Shown piece by piece: positions 10,903 to 21,803 of a stretch of 64,000 nt of DNA (within the stretch, counting starts at the first letter, position 1; each line of letters starts with the position of its first letter). The translations under genes were made by a program, and so were the position numbers. Source of the DNA: Humidesulfovibrio sp. (GTDB lineage Bacteria > Desulfobacterota > Desulfovibrionia > Desulfovibrionales > Desulfovibrionaceae); NCBI GenBank assembly GCA_031292175.1, contig JARLHQ010000028.1, positions 226,475-290,474 of the forward strand, in the 5' to 3' direction. A model generated the notes under the pieces. It saw only the letters and a program-made list of their open reading frames with translations. It did not search any database and was not told the DNA's origin.

Positions 10903-11646
10903 CTACTTCATGGGCCGGATACGCGTCTCCACCCCTGGCAGATTCTTAAGCGCCGCCGCCACGGCGGCCATGTCCGTATCGCCGGTGTGGTAGGGATAGA
11001 GCACCTTGGGTCGCAACAGTTCCGCAGCCCGCGCCAGCATATCGACATCCATGGTGTAGGGCAGATTCACGGGCAGGAAGGCCACGTCGACCCCCGTAAG
11101 CGCCGCCATTTCCGGAATGTCCTCAGTATCGCCCGCGACATAGATGCGGGTGCTCCCGAAGTGCAGCACATAGCCGTTTCCCTGCCCGAGCGGGTGGAAG
11201 GGCTCGCCTGGCGCGCGCATATGCACGCGGTTGTAAGCGGGCACGACGTCCACACGGATGCCGAGCAGTTCCTTGGTGTCACCGTTCTTGAGCACCACAG
11301 CGCCCTTGACGGCGGTCTTGACGACGACCGGGGCCGAGGCGGCGATGACGGTGCCGGGCTTGCGGATGGCCTTGATGGCCGCCACGTCCAGGTGGTCGCG
11401 GTGCTCATGGGTGACGAGCACAAGATCGGCCTTGGGCAGCCGGGAGTAGTCCGCCTGGGCGGACCAGGGGTCGATGTCAATGACCTGACCCCGCCACTGG
11501 AGCATCAGGCTGGCGTGGCCCAGGAAGGTGATGGCCACGTCGCCCGAGTCCGTGGGAATGACATCCACCGGCTTCTGGGACTGGGCAAGGGCGAGGGAGG
11601 GGAGCAGAAGGGCCAGGACACAGACGAAGAAGAGCTTCTTGCGCAT
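10903..11646 (-). CDS. exported MBL-fold metallohydrolase
   Basis: Signal peptide, THEHRDH, AGDT, PYH. Confidence 0.88.
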   Translation of the reverse strand: MRKKLFFVCVLALLLPSLALAQSQKPVDVIPTDSGDVAITFLGHASLMLQWRGQVIDIDPWSAQADYSRLPKADLVLVTHEHRDHLDVAAIKAIRKPGTVIAASAPVVVKTAVKGAVVLKNGDTKELLGIRVDVVPAYNRVHMRAPGEPFHPLGQGNGYVLHFGSTRIYVAGDTEDIPEMAALTGVDVAFLPVNLPYTMDVDMLARAAELLRPKVLYPYHTGDTDMAAVAAALKNLPGVETRIRPMK

Positions 11647-11661
11647 GGTGGCCTCCCGTTG

Positions 11662-11691
11662 AAAAAAAGGGCGGGGAAAAGTCCCCGCCCT
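11662..11691 (-). terminator. intrinsic terminator after ettA
   Basis: GGGCGGGGA/TCCCCGCCC stem followed by a T7 run on the minus strand. Confidence 0.65.
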
Positions 11692-11702
11692 CGTTTCAGA
11701 TG

Positions 11703-13379
11703 CTAGCGCGTGAGGTGTCTGTACTTGATGCGGTGCGGCTGATCGGCTGCGGCGCCCAGGCGGGCCTTGCGGTCGGCCTCGTACTCGCTCCAGTTGCCCT
11801 CGAACAGGCTCACCTGGCTGTCACCTTCAAAGGCCAGGATGTGCGTGGCGATGCGGTCCAGGAACCAGCGGTCGTGGCTGATGACAAGCACGCAGCCCGC
11901 GAAGTTCATGAGCGCGTCTTCGAGCGCGCGCATGGTGTTCACGTCCAGGTCGTTGGTGGGCTCGTCGAGCAGGAGCACGTTGGCCCCTTCCCGCAGGAGC
12001 GCGGCTAGGTGCACGCGGTTTCTTTCCCCGCCGGAGAGCAGGCCGACCTTCTTCTGCTGGTCTGAACCGGTGATGTTGAACTTGCCGATGTAGGCCCGGG
12101 CGTTCACCTCGCGGTTGCCCAGCTTGATAACGTCGTTGCCGCCGGAAATGACCTCGTACACGGTCTTTTCCGGGTCCATGCTGCGCTCCTGGTCCACATA
12201 GGCCAGCTGCACGGTCTCGCCCACGCGGATGGTGCCCTCGTCCGGGGTCTCCTTGCCGGTGATCATGCGGAAGAGCGTGGTCTTGCCCGCGCCGTTGGGG
12301 CCGATGATGCCCACGATGGCGCCCGGCGGCAGGCTGAAGTCGATGCCGTCAACGAGCATGTTGTCGCCGAAGGCCTTCTTCACACCCTTGGCCTCAATGA
12401 CCATGTTGCCAAGACGCGGACCCGCTGGGATGAAGATCTCCAGCTCCGGCACCAGTTTTTCATTCTCCTGGCTCAGCAGGTTCTCGTAGGCGCTGATGCG
12501 CGCCTTGCCCTTGGCGTGGCGGCCGCGCGGGCTCATGCGGATCCAGTCGAGTTCGCGGGCCAGTGTCTTCTGGCGCTCGCTCTCGCTCTTTTCCTCCTGC
12601 TGCAGACGCTGCTGCTTCTGCTCCAGCCAGGAGGAGTAGTTGCCCTGCCAGGGGATGCCCCGGCCACGGTCCAGCTCCAGAATCCAACCCGCGACGTTGT
12701 CCAGGAAGTAGCGGTCGTGGGTCACGGCGATGACCGTGCCCGCGTACTGCTGCAGGTGGTGCTCCAACCAGGCCACGGACTCCGCGTCCAGGTGGTTGGT
12801 GGGTTCATCCAGGAGCAGGATGTCCGGCTTCTGGAGCAGCAGACGGCACAGAGCCACGCGCCGCTTCTCGCCACCGGAGGTGACGCTGACCAGCGTGTCG
12901 CCGGGAGGGCAGCGCAGGGCGTCCATGGCCATCTCCAGCCGGCTGTCCAACTCCCAGGCGTCCAGTGCGTCCAGCTTCTCCTGCACGCTCGCCTGGCGGT
13001 CGATGAGCTTCTGCATCTCGTCATCGCTCATGGGCTCGGCGAACTTCTCGTTGATGCGCTCGAACTCCGCAAGCAGATCCACGGTCTCCTGGGCGGCCTC
13101 GGCAACCACTTCGCGCACGGTCTTGGTCTCGTCGAGCTTGGGCTCCTGCTCCAGCAGACCGATGCTGTAGCCCGGCGAGGGCGCGATCTCGCCCTGGAAG
13201 TCGGTGTCCACACCGGCCAGAATGCGCAAGAGCGAGCTCTTGCCCGAGCCGTTCAGGCCCAGCACGCCAATCTTGGCGCCGTAGAAGTACGACAGCGAGA
13301 TGTCCTTGAGCACCTGGCGCTTGTCGTAGAACTTGCTCACGCGCATCATGGAGTAGATGATCTTGTACGGTTCGGCCAT
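11703..13379 (-). CDS. ettA: energy-dependent translational throttle ABC-F protein
   Basis: Two ABC domains ([16 protein letters not shown]), GAKIGVLG N-terminus, HRIKYR C-terminus. Confidence 0.95.
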   Translation of the reverse strand: MAEPYKIIYSMMRVSKFYDKRQVLKDISLSYFYGAKIGVLGLNGSGKSSLLRILAGVDTDFQGEIAPSPGYSIGLLEQEPKLDETKTVREVVAEAAQETVDLLAEFERINEKFAEPMSDDEMQKLIDRQASVQEKLDALDAWELDSRLEMAMDALRCPPGDTLVSVTSGGEKRRVALCRLLLQKPDILLLDEPTNHLDAESVAWLEHHLQQYAGTVIAVTHDRYFLDNVAGWILELDRGRGIPWQGNYSSWLEQKQQRLQQEEKSESERQKTLARELDWIRMSPRGRHAKGKARISAYENLLSQENEKLVPELEIFIPAGPRLGNMVIEAKGVKKAFGDNMLVDGIDFSLPPGAIVGIIGPNGAGKTTLFRMITGKETPDEGTIRVGETVQLAYVDQERSMDPEKTVYEVISGGNDVIKLGNREVNARAYIGKFNITGSDQQKKVGLLSGGERNRVHLAALLREGANVLLLDEPTNDLDVNTMRALEDALMNFAGCVLVISHDRWFLDRIATHILAFEGDSQVSLFEGNWSEYEADRKARLGAAADQPHRIKYRHLTR

Positions 13380-13418
13380 GCGTCTCCTCTTTGAATCCTG
13401 ATATCGTGGTCGGGCCGA

Positions 13419-14912
13419 TTACTTTTTGGATTTCAGGGCCAGGGCAAGCTTTTCGCCCAGGAGGCCCATGCCCATGGACCTGTCCTCGCCCTTGGCGGGC
13501 TTGGCGGGCTTGGCGTAGGCCTTCCAGTCGCCGCTCTCGCGGCCGCCTTGCTGGGCGTCCTCGCGCACCTCAAGGGGCGAAAGGGCGATGCGGCGCTCGG
13601 ACGCGCGCAGATCCTCGACCACCAGGGTGACCGAATCGCCGTGCGCCAACTTGTCGAACTGCTTGGGGTCCACGGCCACGCTCATGCGCGACTTGGGCAG
13701 GAGCGCGGTGATGCCGGGCTCAAGCGTCACGAAGATGCCGAAGGTCTCACGCTTCTCCACCGTGCCGGTCACCTGGGTGCCGGGGGTGTACTTGGCCGCG
13801 GCCTCAGCCCAAGGGTCGCCCTCGGCGTCCTTGAGGGAGAGGGAGATGCGGCGCTTCAGCGGATCGATCTCCTTGACGACCACGGTGACGGCGTCGCCGG
13901 GGTTCAGGATCTCGGAGGGCTTGTTGACGCGCTTCGTGTAGCTCATCTCGCTCACGTGGATGAGGCCATCCACGCCGGGCAGCAGTTCCACAAACGCGCC
14001 GAAGTCGGCCAGACGGACCACCTTGCCGGTGACCTTCTCGCCGTCCTTCAGTTTGCCCGCGATGTCCGCCCAGGGATCGCTCATGGTCTGCTTGCGCGAG
14101 AGCGAAATCTTCATCTGGCCAGGCTTCTTGCCGGGCTCCACGCCCAGCACCTTCACCCGGATCTTCTCGCCCACGCTCACGGCTTCGTCCGGCTTGGAGA
14201 CGCGGGTGAAGCCGAGCTCGCTCACGTGGACCATGCCCTCAAGGCCGGGGGCCAGTTCCACGAAGGCGCCGAAGTCGGTCAGGCGCACGACGGCGCCTTC
14301 CACTTCCTCGCCGGGCTTGATGGCGGCCAGGAATTCTTCCGTGGCGGCCTGGCGCTCGCGCTCGATGAGCGCGCGGCGGGTGACCACGATGTTGCGGCCA
14401 CGCTCCTCCAACTTGCTGATGAGGAACGGCAGGGTCTTGCCGACGTACTCCTCGGGGTTCTCGACGAAGCGCGCATCGATCTGGCTCACGGGGCAGAACG
14501 CCCGGCGGCCCATGATCTCGACGGAGAAGCCGCCCTTGCAGGTTTCCTTCACCTTGCCGTCCACGGGCAGGCCCGCGTCCTTGGCGTTCTGAAGCATCTC
14601 AAACCCGCCAGCGCCGGCCAGGGCGCGGGAAAGGACGATCTCGCTGCGGGTCTTGGAGACCACGTACAGGTCGATGCTTTCGCCTTCCTTGAAGGGGAAG
14701 TTGCCCTCCGCGTCCAGAAGCTCCTTCTTTTCGGCGACGCCGTCGATTTTGGTGCCGGTGTCGAAATACACGCTCTCCGCGCCTATGCTGATGATGCGGG
14801 CGGAAATCCTGTCGCCCACATTCAGGGGCTCGCCCTGTCCCGCATAGCTGGCCTCGAAAAGCTCGGCGAAGCTCTGCTCCTGGTCCCCGGTGTTCTGTGC
14901 CTGATCCGTCAT
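13419..14912 (-). CDS. rpsA: 30S ribosomal protein S1 (about 5 S1 domains, probable paralog)
   Basis: SFAELFE start, repeated FGAFVEL...G.IHVSE S1 domains; start placed at MTDQ (14912). Confidence 0.85.
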   Translation of the reverse strand: MTDQAQNTGDQEQSFAELFEASYAGQGEPLNVGDRISARIISIGAESVYFDTGTKIDGVAEKKELLDAEGNFPFKEGESIDLYVVSKTRSEIVLSRALAGAGGFEMLQNAKDAGLPVDGKVKETCKGGFSVEIMGRRAFCPVSQIDARFVENPEEYVGKTLPFLISKLEERGRNIVVTRRALIERERQAATEEFLAAIKPGEEVEGAVVRLTDFGAFVELAPGLEGMVHVSELGFTRVSKPDEAVSVGEKIRVKVLGVEPGKKPGQMKISLSRKQTMSDPWADIAGKLKDGEKVTGKVVRLADFGAFVELLPGVDGLIHVSEMSYTKRVNKPSEILNPGDAVTVVVKEIDPLKRRISLSLKDAEGDPWAEAAAKYTPGTQVTGTVEKRETFGIFVTLEPGITALLPKSRMSVAVDPKQFDKLAHGDSVTLVVEDLRASERRIALSPLEVREDAQQGGRESGDWKAYAKPAKPAKGEDRSMGMGLLGEKLALALKSKK

Positions 14913-15028
14913 CTGCAGCTCCTGTGCGATATTCCGCGAAGATATTGGCGGGAAATTGCCGCCTCGGGGCTGTATTATCGAAGGTAGCGCGCTTGTCAAA
15001 CAAAGAGGACGTATTTTTCGGCTTGCCC

Positions 15029-15055
15029 TTAAGTTTTTGAAGCTTTGGCCGATAA
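15029..15055 (+). promoter_or_regulatory. sigma28 (FliA) promoter
   Basis: TTAAGTTT-N11-GCCGATAA, near-perfect match to TAAAGTTT-N11-GCCGATAA. Confidence 0.8.
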
Positions 15056-15110
15056 GACACGAGTAAGGCGTTGTCTTGACCAAAAACGGCGCACGGGAGG
15101 TGGTCACAGC

Positions 15111-15377
15111 ATGTCGACCGAATCGCTCAGTGGAGTGTCCTCTTCCTTCAGCCTCTCCAACACAAACCAGGGCAACACGAACAACCTGGACTCCGGCAGC
15201 GGCTCCGGCATCACCGACAAGGCGAGCTTCGGGGCCGCAGTGGTCACCGGCACAATGGACGCCCTGAACTCGGGCGGATCCCACAACGCGGATATGGCAC
15301 AGGCCTACGACTTCAACAAGACCGTCCTGGGGGGCCACGCGGCCAGCCTGGGGGCGGTGACGGACATCAACATCTAA
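15111..15377 (+). CDS. small hypothetical protein (88 aa), FliA-controlled
   Basis: GGAGG RBS before ATG 15111, sigma28 promoter upstream, hairpin downstream (about 15414-15444). Confidence 0.75.
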   Translation: MSTESLSGVSSSFSLSNTNQGNTNNLDSGSGSGITDKASFGAAVVTGTMDALNSGGSHNADMAQAYDFNKTVLGGHAASLGAVTDINI

Positions 15378-15564
15378 TCGCGCCGACCAAGCCTCCGACG
15401 ACGCCCCAGCCCAAGCCCCGCCGCGCGAGCCGCAGCGGGGCTTTCGCTTGCGCCGCGCAACTCCCCAACAATCCAGGACCAAGTTGCTCCCCTTGCCAGA
15501 TGCGCCAAGACAAGCTAAAGGCCCCTGTTCAACTCCCCCCACGAATTAGAAGGAACACCACGAC

Positions 15565-16983
15565 GTGAGCAGGGACCAGCATACAGTACTCATCGCCAAC
15601 CGGGGCGAGATCGCCGTGCGCATCATGCAGGCGTGCACCGACCTCGGCCTCAGGTTTGTGGCGGTCTACACAAAGGAAGACGCCGCTTCCGGCCACGTGG
15701 CTACGGCCCGTGCGCTCGGCGGCGAGGATGCCCTCGTGCGCATCCACAACTATTTGGACGCGGGCGACATCCTTTCCGCGGCGGACGCGAGCGGCGCCAC
15801 GGCCATCCACCCTGGCTACGGCTTCTTCTCGGAGAACTACCGTTTCGCCCGACGCGTGGAGGAGCGCTCCCGGTCCATGATCTTCATCGGCCCCTCCTGG
15901 CGCGTCATCCGCGACCTGGGCGACAAGATCAACACCAAGCGTCTGGCCAGAGGGCTCGGCGTGCCCACGGTGCCCGGCAGTGACCGCGCCATCTACGACG
16001 AGATGGAAGCCGAGACCATCGCCCAGCAGCTCTTCAACTACCAGGAGCGGCAGGGCGTGACCCGGCCCATGGTGCTGGTCAAAGCCAGCGCGGGCGGCGG
16101 CGGCATGGGCATCGACGAAGTGCACAACATGAACCGCTTCCGGCAGACGTACCGGCGCATCCGCAACTACTCCCAGCGCCAGTTCAACGACCCCGGCGTG
16201 CTCATCGAGCAGCGGATCTTCAATTACAACCACCTGGAAGTGCAGATCGTCGCCGCGCGCGGGGGCCAGAATCCCGTGCACTTCGGCACACGCAACTGCT
16301 CCGTGCAGAGCCCTGGCCGCCAGAAGCGCATCGAAGCCGCGCCGGGCTTCTTCCCTGAGGGCCTCTCCTACGCCTTCGACGCCCGCAAGGTCATGGACGA
16401 CATCGTCCGCCACTCGCTCAGCATCGCGCGGGAGATCAAGTACGACAACGTCGGCACCTGGGAATGGATCGTGACGCCCAAGGGCGAGCCCTTCCTCATG
16501 GAAGTGAACACCCGTATCCAGGTGGAGAACGGTGTTTCCGCTACCATTTCGCGCATCAAGGGCACGGGCGGCGTAAACCTCGTCCGCGAGCAGATCCGCC
16601 TGGGCCTGGGTGAAGAGATGGGCTACGGCCAGAGCGACGTGAGCTTCGCAGGCGTGGGCATCGAGTACCGCATCATCGCCGAGGACACGCAGAACCGCTT
16701 CGCCCCCTGGACCGGACGCATCGACAAGATCGCCTGGGAGCCCCAGGACTGGCTCAAGCTGCACACCCACGTGCCCCAGGACAAGCCCTACCATATCCCC
16801 ACGGAGTACGACCCGAACCTGGCGCTGGCCATCATTTGGGGCAAGGATCTGGAGGAAGCCAAGGCCCGCGGCCTGGCCTTCCTCGACACCTTCGTCCTCA
16901 CCGGCGTCGATTCCCAGGGCGTGGGGCTCAAGTCAAACATCGCCTTCCTGCGCGAGAAAACCACGGATCTGCTGGAATTCTAG
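15565..16983 (+). CDS. accC: biotin carboxylase
   Basis: ANRGEIA, HPGYGFFSEN, KASAGGGG, EVNTRIQVE. Confidence 0.9.
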   Translation: MSRDQHTVLIANRGEIAVRIMQACTDLGLRFVAVYTKEDAASGHVATARALGGEDALVRIHNYLDAGDILSAADASGATAIHPGYGFFSENYRFARRVEERSRSMIFIGPSWRVIRDLGDKINTKRLARGLGVPTVPGSDRAIYDEMEAETIAQQLFNYQERQGVTRPMVLVKASAGGGGMGIDEVHNMNRFRQTYRRIRNYSQRQFNDPGVLIEQRIFNYNHLEVQIVAARGGQNPVHFGTRNCSVQSPGRQKRIEAAPGFFPEGLSYAFDARKVMDDIVRHSLSIAREIKYDNVGTWEWIVTPKGEPFLMEVNTRIQVENGVSATISRIKGTGGVNLVREQIRLGLGEEMGYGQSDVSFAGVGIEYRIIAEDTQNRFAPWTGRIDKIAWEPQDWLKLHTHVPQDKPYHIPTEYDPNLALAIIWGKDLEEAKARGLAFLDTFVLTGVDSQGVGLKSNIAFLREKTTDLLEF

Positions 16984-17001
16984 CCAGCCAGGGACGGCCG
17001 C

Positions 17002-19254
17002 ATGGATATTGAAAAAATACTCGAAACTCTTTCTCAGCGCGTGGCCTACGCCCGCGACATCCTTGGCGCGCGCGTCAACGAACGCCTGGAGGCCATCAGC
17101 CAGGACATTCTGGCCTTGGGCCAGAAGATGGACAGCCTCACCCTCGACGAGGCCCTGAACAAGACCGGCGACCTCAGCCGCCGCCTCTCCGACCTGGAGA
17201 CCGATCTCGACGCGCTGCTCACGCCCATGGACAAGGTGCGCATCGTGCGGCACCCCCAGCGCGTATGCCTGAAGGACATCCTGGAGAACGTCTACGACAA
17301 CTACACCGAGATCGGCGGACGCGACGAGGTGTCCATCGACCCCGGGATGCTCATCGCACGGGCCTACATCACCCGGCGCGTGGGCAAGCGGGTCGTCCAC
17401 CACCCGGTTATGGTGGTGGGCCAGGAGAAGGGCCATGGCCAGGAGTTTCGCAACGGCGGCTCCATCAAGCCCTGGGGCAACGCCAAGGCCCTCAAGTACA
17501 TGAAGGTCGCCGCGCGGGAGAGCATCCCCATCCACGCCTACGTCTCCACCCCCGGGGCCTACCCCGTGGAGGACTACCCCGGCGCGGCCCAGCAGATCGC
17601 TGAGAATATTTACGAAATGGCGGGCATCGACGTGCCCATCGTGGCCATCTTCTCCGAGGGCGGCTCCGGCGGCGCCGAGGCCATCGCCTTGGCCGACAAG
17701 CGCCTCATGTTCTCCCACGGCTACTACTCCGTCATCTCGCCCGAGGGCGCGGCGGCCATCGAATGCAAGTTCAACGGCCTGACGCGCGCCACCCCCGAGC
17801 TCATCGAGCGCTGCGCCAAGCACCAGCAGATCACCGCGCAGGACAACCTGAGAAACGGCTACATCGACGGCATCATTCAGGAACCGGCCCTGGGCGCGCG
17901 CAACGAGCACTTCGACTTCTTCAAGCAGCTCAGGACCAGCGTCATCCGCGCCACGGACGAGGCTGTGGTGAACGTGCGCAGCGTCAGCGTGCTGCGCCGC
18001 CTGGCCATGCGCGGTTCGAAGCAGAAGCAGGTGGGCGAGGACGTCATCGTGCGCTGGGAGCTGGACCCCGCCGACCGCGAACTGCTTGTCTGGCGGCGCT
18101 ACCAGAAGTACCGCAAGATGTCGTGCCAGGCCTTCATCGACAACCGGGGCATCCTTGAGCGCCTAGCCGCCAAGTACATGGAGTATGTGTTCAGCATCTA
18201 CGCCACGTTGCGCTATGAGATCCTGAAACGCTACCAGAAGAAGATCGCCCGCATGGCCACGGACGTCACCGACGAAATCCACGTGGTCACGAGCAAGATG
18301 GACCGCATGACGTGCCAGGCCATGGAGCTGCTCGGCATTCCCCAGTGGGGCGGCAGCGGCGACGAATCCGCCTTGACCTGCCTCTCCGAGCCGACACGCG
18401 ACCCCCGCGCCTCCAGCGCCCAGAGCTACGTGAGCCCGAAATCCCTTGAGGACCGCGAGGTCTCCTGCCCGCACGCCGCCACGCGCGGCTGCCTGGACAT
18501 CTGGGCCAAGGACCTGTTTGGCGAGTTCGCAGGCGTATGTCCCAACTGCGGCTACCACTTTCCCATGGAATACCAGTGGTACATGGCCAACGTGTTCGAC
18601 CGGGGCAGCGTGCGCGAGTTCAACCAGTCCATCGCCGCAGGCAACCCCACGAACTTCCCCCAGTTTGACGAGCGCATCCAGCAGGCCAAGGAAAAGACCC
18701 ACCTGCAGTCCTCCTGCGTCACCTTCAACGCCAACATCCGGGGCATCCGCCTCACCTGCGGCATGCTGGTGGCGAACTTCCGGGGCGGCTCGGTCGGCTC
18801 GGCCGAGGGCGAGAAGCTCATCCGCGCCCTGGACCTGGCCCGCAAGCGGCACCAGCCCTTCCTGGCGTATATCCACGGCACAGCGGGCATCCGCATCCAG
18901 GAAGGCGTCAACGGCCTCATCCAGATGCCCCGCGTGACCATGGCCGTGCGCCGCTACATCGACGAGGGCGGACTGTACATCGTGCTCTACGACACCAATT
19001 CCTACGCCGGCCCGGTGGCGAGCTTCCTCGGCTGCTCGCCCTACCAGTACGCCGTGCGCAGCTCGCGCCTCGGCTTCGCCGGCCCCGGCGTCATCCGCGA
19101 GACCACGGGCGTGGACATCCCGCCCGACTACCATAGCGCCTACAAGGCCCTCTCGCGCGGGCACATCCAGGACATCTGGGACCGCCGCGACGTGCGCGCC
19201 AACATGCACCAGGCCTTTTTGACCATGGGCGGCCGCAACCTCTACTACCGCTAG
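17002..19254 (+). CDS. acetyl-CoA carboxylase carboxyltransferase, alpha-beta fusion
   Basis: N-half AccA-like (GQEKG, EGGSGGA, YSVISPEG); C-half AccD-like (Cys zinc motif ending CPNC, GGSVG, GIRIQEG, GFAGPGVI). Confidence 0.88.
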   Translation: MDIEKILETLSQRVAYARDILGARVNERLEAISQDILALGQKMDSLTLDEALNKTGDLSRRLSDLETDLDALLTPMDKVRIVRHPQRVCLKDILENVYDNYTEIGGRDEVSIDPGMLIARAYITRRVGKRVVHHPVMVVGQEKGHGQEFRNGGSIKPWGNAKALKYMKVAARESIPIHAYVSTPGAYPVEDYPGAAQQIAENIYEMAGIDVPIVAIFSEGGSGGAEAIALADKRLMFSHGYYSVISPEGAAAIECKFNGLTRATPELIERCAKHQQITAQDNLRNGYIDGIIQEPALGARNEHFDFFKQLRTSVIRATDEAVVNVRSVSVLRRLAMRGSKQKQVGEDVIVRWELDPADRELLVWRRYQKYRKMSCQAFIDNRGILERLAAKYMEYVFSIYATLRYEILKRYQKKIARMATDVTDEIHVVTSKMDRMTCQAMELLGIPQWGGSGDESALTCLSEPTRDPRASSAQSYVSPKSLEDREVSCPHAATRGCLDIWAKDLFGEFAGVCPNCGYHFPMEYQWYMANVFDRGSVREFNQSIAAGNPTNFPQFDERIQQAKEKTHLQSSCVTFNANIRGIRLTCGMLVANFRGGSVGSAEGEKLIRALDLARKRHQPFLAYIHGTAGIRIQEGVNGLIQMPRVTMAVRRYIDEGGLYIVLYDTNSYAGPVASFLGCSPYQYAVRSSRLGFAGPGVIRETTGVDIPPDYHSAYKALSRGHIQDIWDRRDVRANMHQAFLTMGGRNLYYR

Positions 19255-19290
19255 CGCCCCACGACTTCCCGCCCCAACGCCCGGCTTTAG

Positions 19291-19326
19291 GCGCCCGGAA
19301 GGACCTGCTCCTTCCGGGCGCTTTTT
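19291..19326 (+). terminator. intrinsic terminator
   Basis: GCGCCCGGAAGGA-loop-TCCTTCCGGGCGC followed by TTTTT. Confidence 0.85.
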
Positions 19327-19354
19327 ACGTACCGCGTCGGACAATCATTGCCCG

Positions 19355-19373
19355 TTCGTCACCCATTCGTCAC
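19355..19373 (+). promoter_or_regulatory. Pho-box-like direct repeat
   Basis: TTCGTCAC twice at an 11-bp period; TAGCTT -10-like hexamer at 19395. Confidence 0.55.
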
Positions 19374-19445
19374 ACATCACCCGCCAGTTTCCCCTAGCTT
19401 TCGGCGTGGCACCACACAACACGTCTTTCCCTGCGAGGCATTCCC

Positions 19446-21803
19446 ATGCTCAAGACTGTTCTCAAACGTCTGCGCGCGGGCACCCTGCACAGCGCCTTCC
19501 ACAACCGGGGCGAGGCCGCCGCACCACCGCCCAGCCGACTACGCGAACTGCTCCGCACCGGCCAAAACTTTGATATTCTGCTCATCAACGTGCGTGATTT
19601 CGCGCTGTTGCGCGAACTTTACGGACAAGAGCTGTCCCAGGAGATCGAGACGCGGCTGACCAGCGTGCTGCGCGCGGCGGTGAACGAGCGGCTGCACACC
19701 GTGCCCACCTGCATGCCGCTGGAGCCGGGCGAATACCTGCTGTGCTGGCCCAGCCGCGGCAGAGATCCGCGTTCCCAGCACGATACGGCGTACGAGATCA
19801 AGCTCTTTGCCCAGCGCGAAGCCAACGCCCATCTGCTGCGCTGGGCCGGACGCGAACTGGACCTGGGCTTCGGCTGCGCGCGGCACGACGGTGCGGGCGC
19901 GACGGACGGGGCCAACCGCGAGGCCCGGCTGTTCCAGGCCGTGAGCGAAGCGCGGCTGCGCGCCAAGATGCGCCTGGATCTGAGCCAACTCTCACTCTCC
20001 TCGGAGTTCAACACCATCCTGCTGGAAAAAAATGTGCGCGCCGTGTACCAACCCATCGCGGACTTCGCTAGCGGCACCATCCTGGCCTGGGAGGCGCTCA
20101 CGCGCGGACCGGAGGGCAGCGCCTTCCAATCGCCCTCCGTGCTGTTCGACTTCGCCGAGCAGAGTGGCAAGCTCTTCGCCCTGGAGCGCCTGTGCCGTGA
20201 AAAGGCCTTGCAAAACCTGGGCGGCATGGGCCAGGGACAGAAGCTCTTCCTGAACATCCACCCCAAGACCATGGCCGACCCGGAGTTCACCCACGGCAAA
20301 ACCTTGGAGCTCATCGAGGAGGCGGGCCTCACGCCGGAAAACGTGGTCTTCGAGATCACCGAGCGCCACAGCATCAATGAGTTCACGCTGTTCCACCGCA
20401 CGCTCGACCACTACCGCAGCCAAGGGTACCTGGTGGCCGTGGACGACGCGGGCGCGGGCTACTCCGGGCTGACCTCCGTGGCCCAGATCCGGCCGGAGTT
20501 CATCAAAATCGACATGAGCCTCATCCAGGGCATCGACAAGGATCCGGTGAAGCGCGCCCTCATCGAGACCTTCGTCACCTTCGCGGATAAAATCGGCTCC
20601 AAGATCATCGCCGAGGGCATCGAATCCCAGGCGCAGGCGGCCTGCCTCATTGACATCGGCGTACACTACGGCCAAGGCTACTACCTGGCCCGGCCCGCCG
20701 CGCCCAAGCCCCCACTCTCCCTCGACACCGCCTATCTGCGCAAGTCCCAGCAGGACCAAAGCCGGATCACCACCTCCTGCCTCATGCCCGTGGGCAACCT
20801 GGTGGAGGCCGCGCAGACCCGCCGCCAGGGCACCCTCGTGCCCGACGCCCAGCACTGTTTCGAAGTCAGCCGCCAGCAAGCCAGCATCGTGGTGGTGGAC
20901 CAGGACCAGGAGACGCCGGTGGGACTTATCATGGAGTACCAGCTGAACCGCCAGCTCTCCGGGCAGTTCGGCGCCGCGCTCTATTCCAAACGGCCCATCG
21001 ACGCCATCATGGACCGCCACCCCCTCGTGGTGGACGAGACCACCCCGGTGGAGCAGACGGCCAAGTCCGCCATGCTGCGCGAGAAGATCAAGGCCTACGA
21101 CGACATCATCGTCACGCGGAAGAACAAGGTGCTGGGCATCGTCACCGTGCAGCGGCTCTTGAACACCCTGGCCCATGTGCAGGTGGAGATGGCCAAGGGC
21201 ACGAATCCGCTCACCGGCCTGCCCGGCAACGTAACGCTGGAGCGCGAGGTGGAGGCGGGCATCGGCTCGGGCAAGCGTTTCGCCATCGCCTATGCCGACC
21301 TGGATAATTTCAAGGTCTACAACGACACGTACGGATTCAAAAACGGCGACCGGGTCATCAAGCTCGCGGCCGATATCCTCGACCACGGCGTGCGGCGCTT
21401 CGGCGACGCCACCGCAAAGCTCTTCCACATCGGCGGAGACGACTTCGTGCTGGTCACCCGGCCTGAGCACGTCGAACGCATCTGTCTCGCCGCCACACGC
21501 ACCTTCAAGCGGCTCATCCGCACCTGTTACTGCCTGCAAGACCGCGAACGCGGCGAGGTTCTGGCCACGGGCCGCGACGGCGTGGAGCGCACCTACCCGC
21601 TGGTGTCGCTCAGCATCGGCATCCTGGAGATCGGCGGAGCCTGCACCCTGCTTGAAATCGGCGAGCGCGCCGCCCACGTGAAGAAATACGCCAAGTCCAT
21701 GCCAGGCAACATCTACGCCTGGGACCGCAGGCCGGCGCTCGGTACGGCGCCGGCGGACACGGTCTTCGCACCGGCCAGTCCGACGCCGGAAACCGTGGTC
21801 TAG
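19446..21803 (+). CDS. EAL-CBS-GGDEF c-di-GMP phosphodiesterase/cyclase
   Basis: WEALTR, DDAGAGYS, AEGIE, CBS-like pair, NPLTGLPGN, HIGGDDF. Confidence 0.9.
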   Translation: MLKTVLKRLRAGTLHSAFHNRGEAAAPPPSRLRELLRTGQNFDILLINVRDFALLRELYGQELSQEIETRLTSVLRAAVNERLHTVPTCMPLEPGEYLLCWPSRGRDPRSQHDTAYEIKLFAQREANAHLLRWAGRELDLGFGCARHDGAGATDGANREARLFQAVSEARLRAKMRLDLSQLSLSSEFNTILLEKNVRAVYQPIADFASGTILAWEALTRGPEGSAFQSPSVLFDFAEQSGKLFALERLCREKALQNLGGMGQGQKLFLNIHPKTMADPEFTHGKTLELIEEAGLTPENVVFEITERHSINEFTLFHRTLDHYRSQGYLVAVDDAGAGYSGLTSVAQIRPEFIKIDMSLIQGIDKDPVKRALIETFVTFADKIGSKIIAEGIESQAQAACLIDIGVHYGQGYYLARPAAPKPPLSLDTAYLRKSQQDQSRITTSCLMPVGNLVEAAQTRRQGTLVPDAQHCFEVSRQQASIVVVDQDQETPVGLIMEYQLNRQLSGQFGAALYSKRPIDAIMDRHPLVVDETTPVEQTAKSAMLREKIKAYDDIIVTRKNKVLGIVTVQRLLNTLAHVQVEMAKGTNPLTGLPGNVTLEREVEAGIGSGKRFAIAYADLDNFKVYNDTYGFKNGDRVIKLAADILDHGVRRFGDATAKLFHIGGDDFVLVTRPEHVERICLAATRTFKRLIRTCYCLQDRERGEVLATGRDGVERTYPLVSLSIGILEIGGACTLLEIGERAAHVKKYAKSMPGNIYAWDRRPALGTAPADTVFAPASPTPETVV

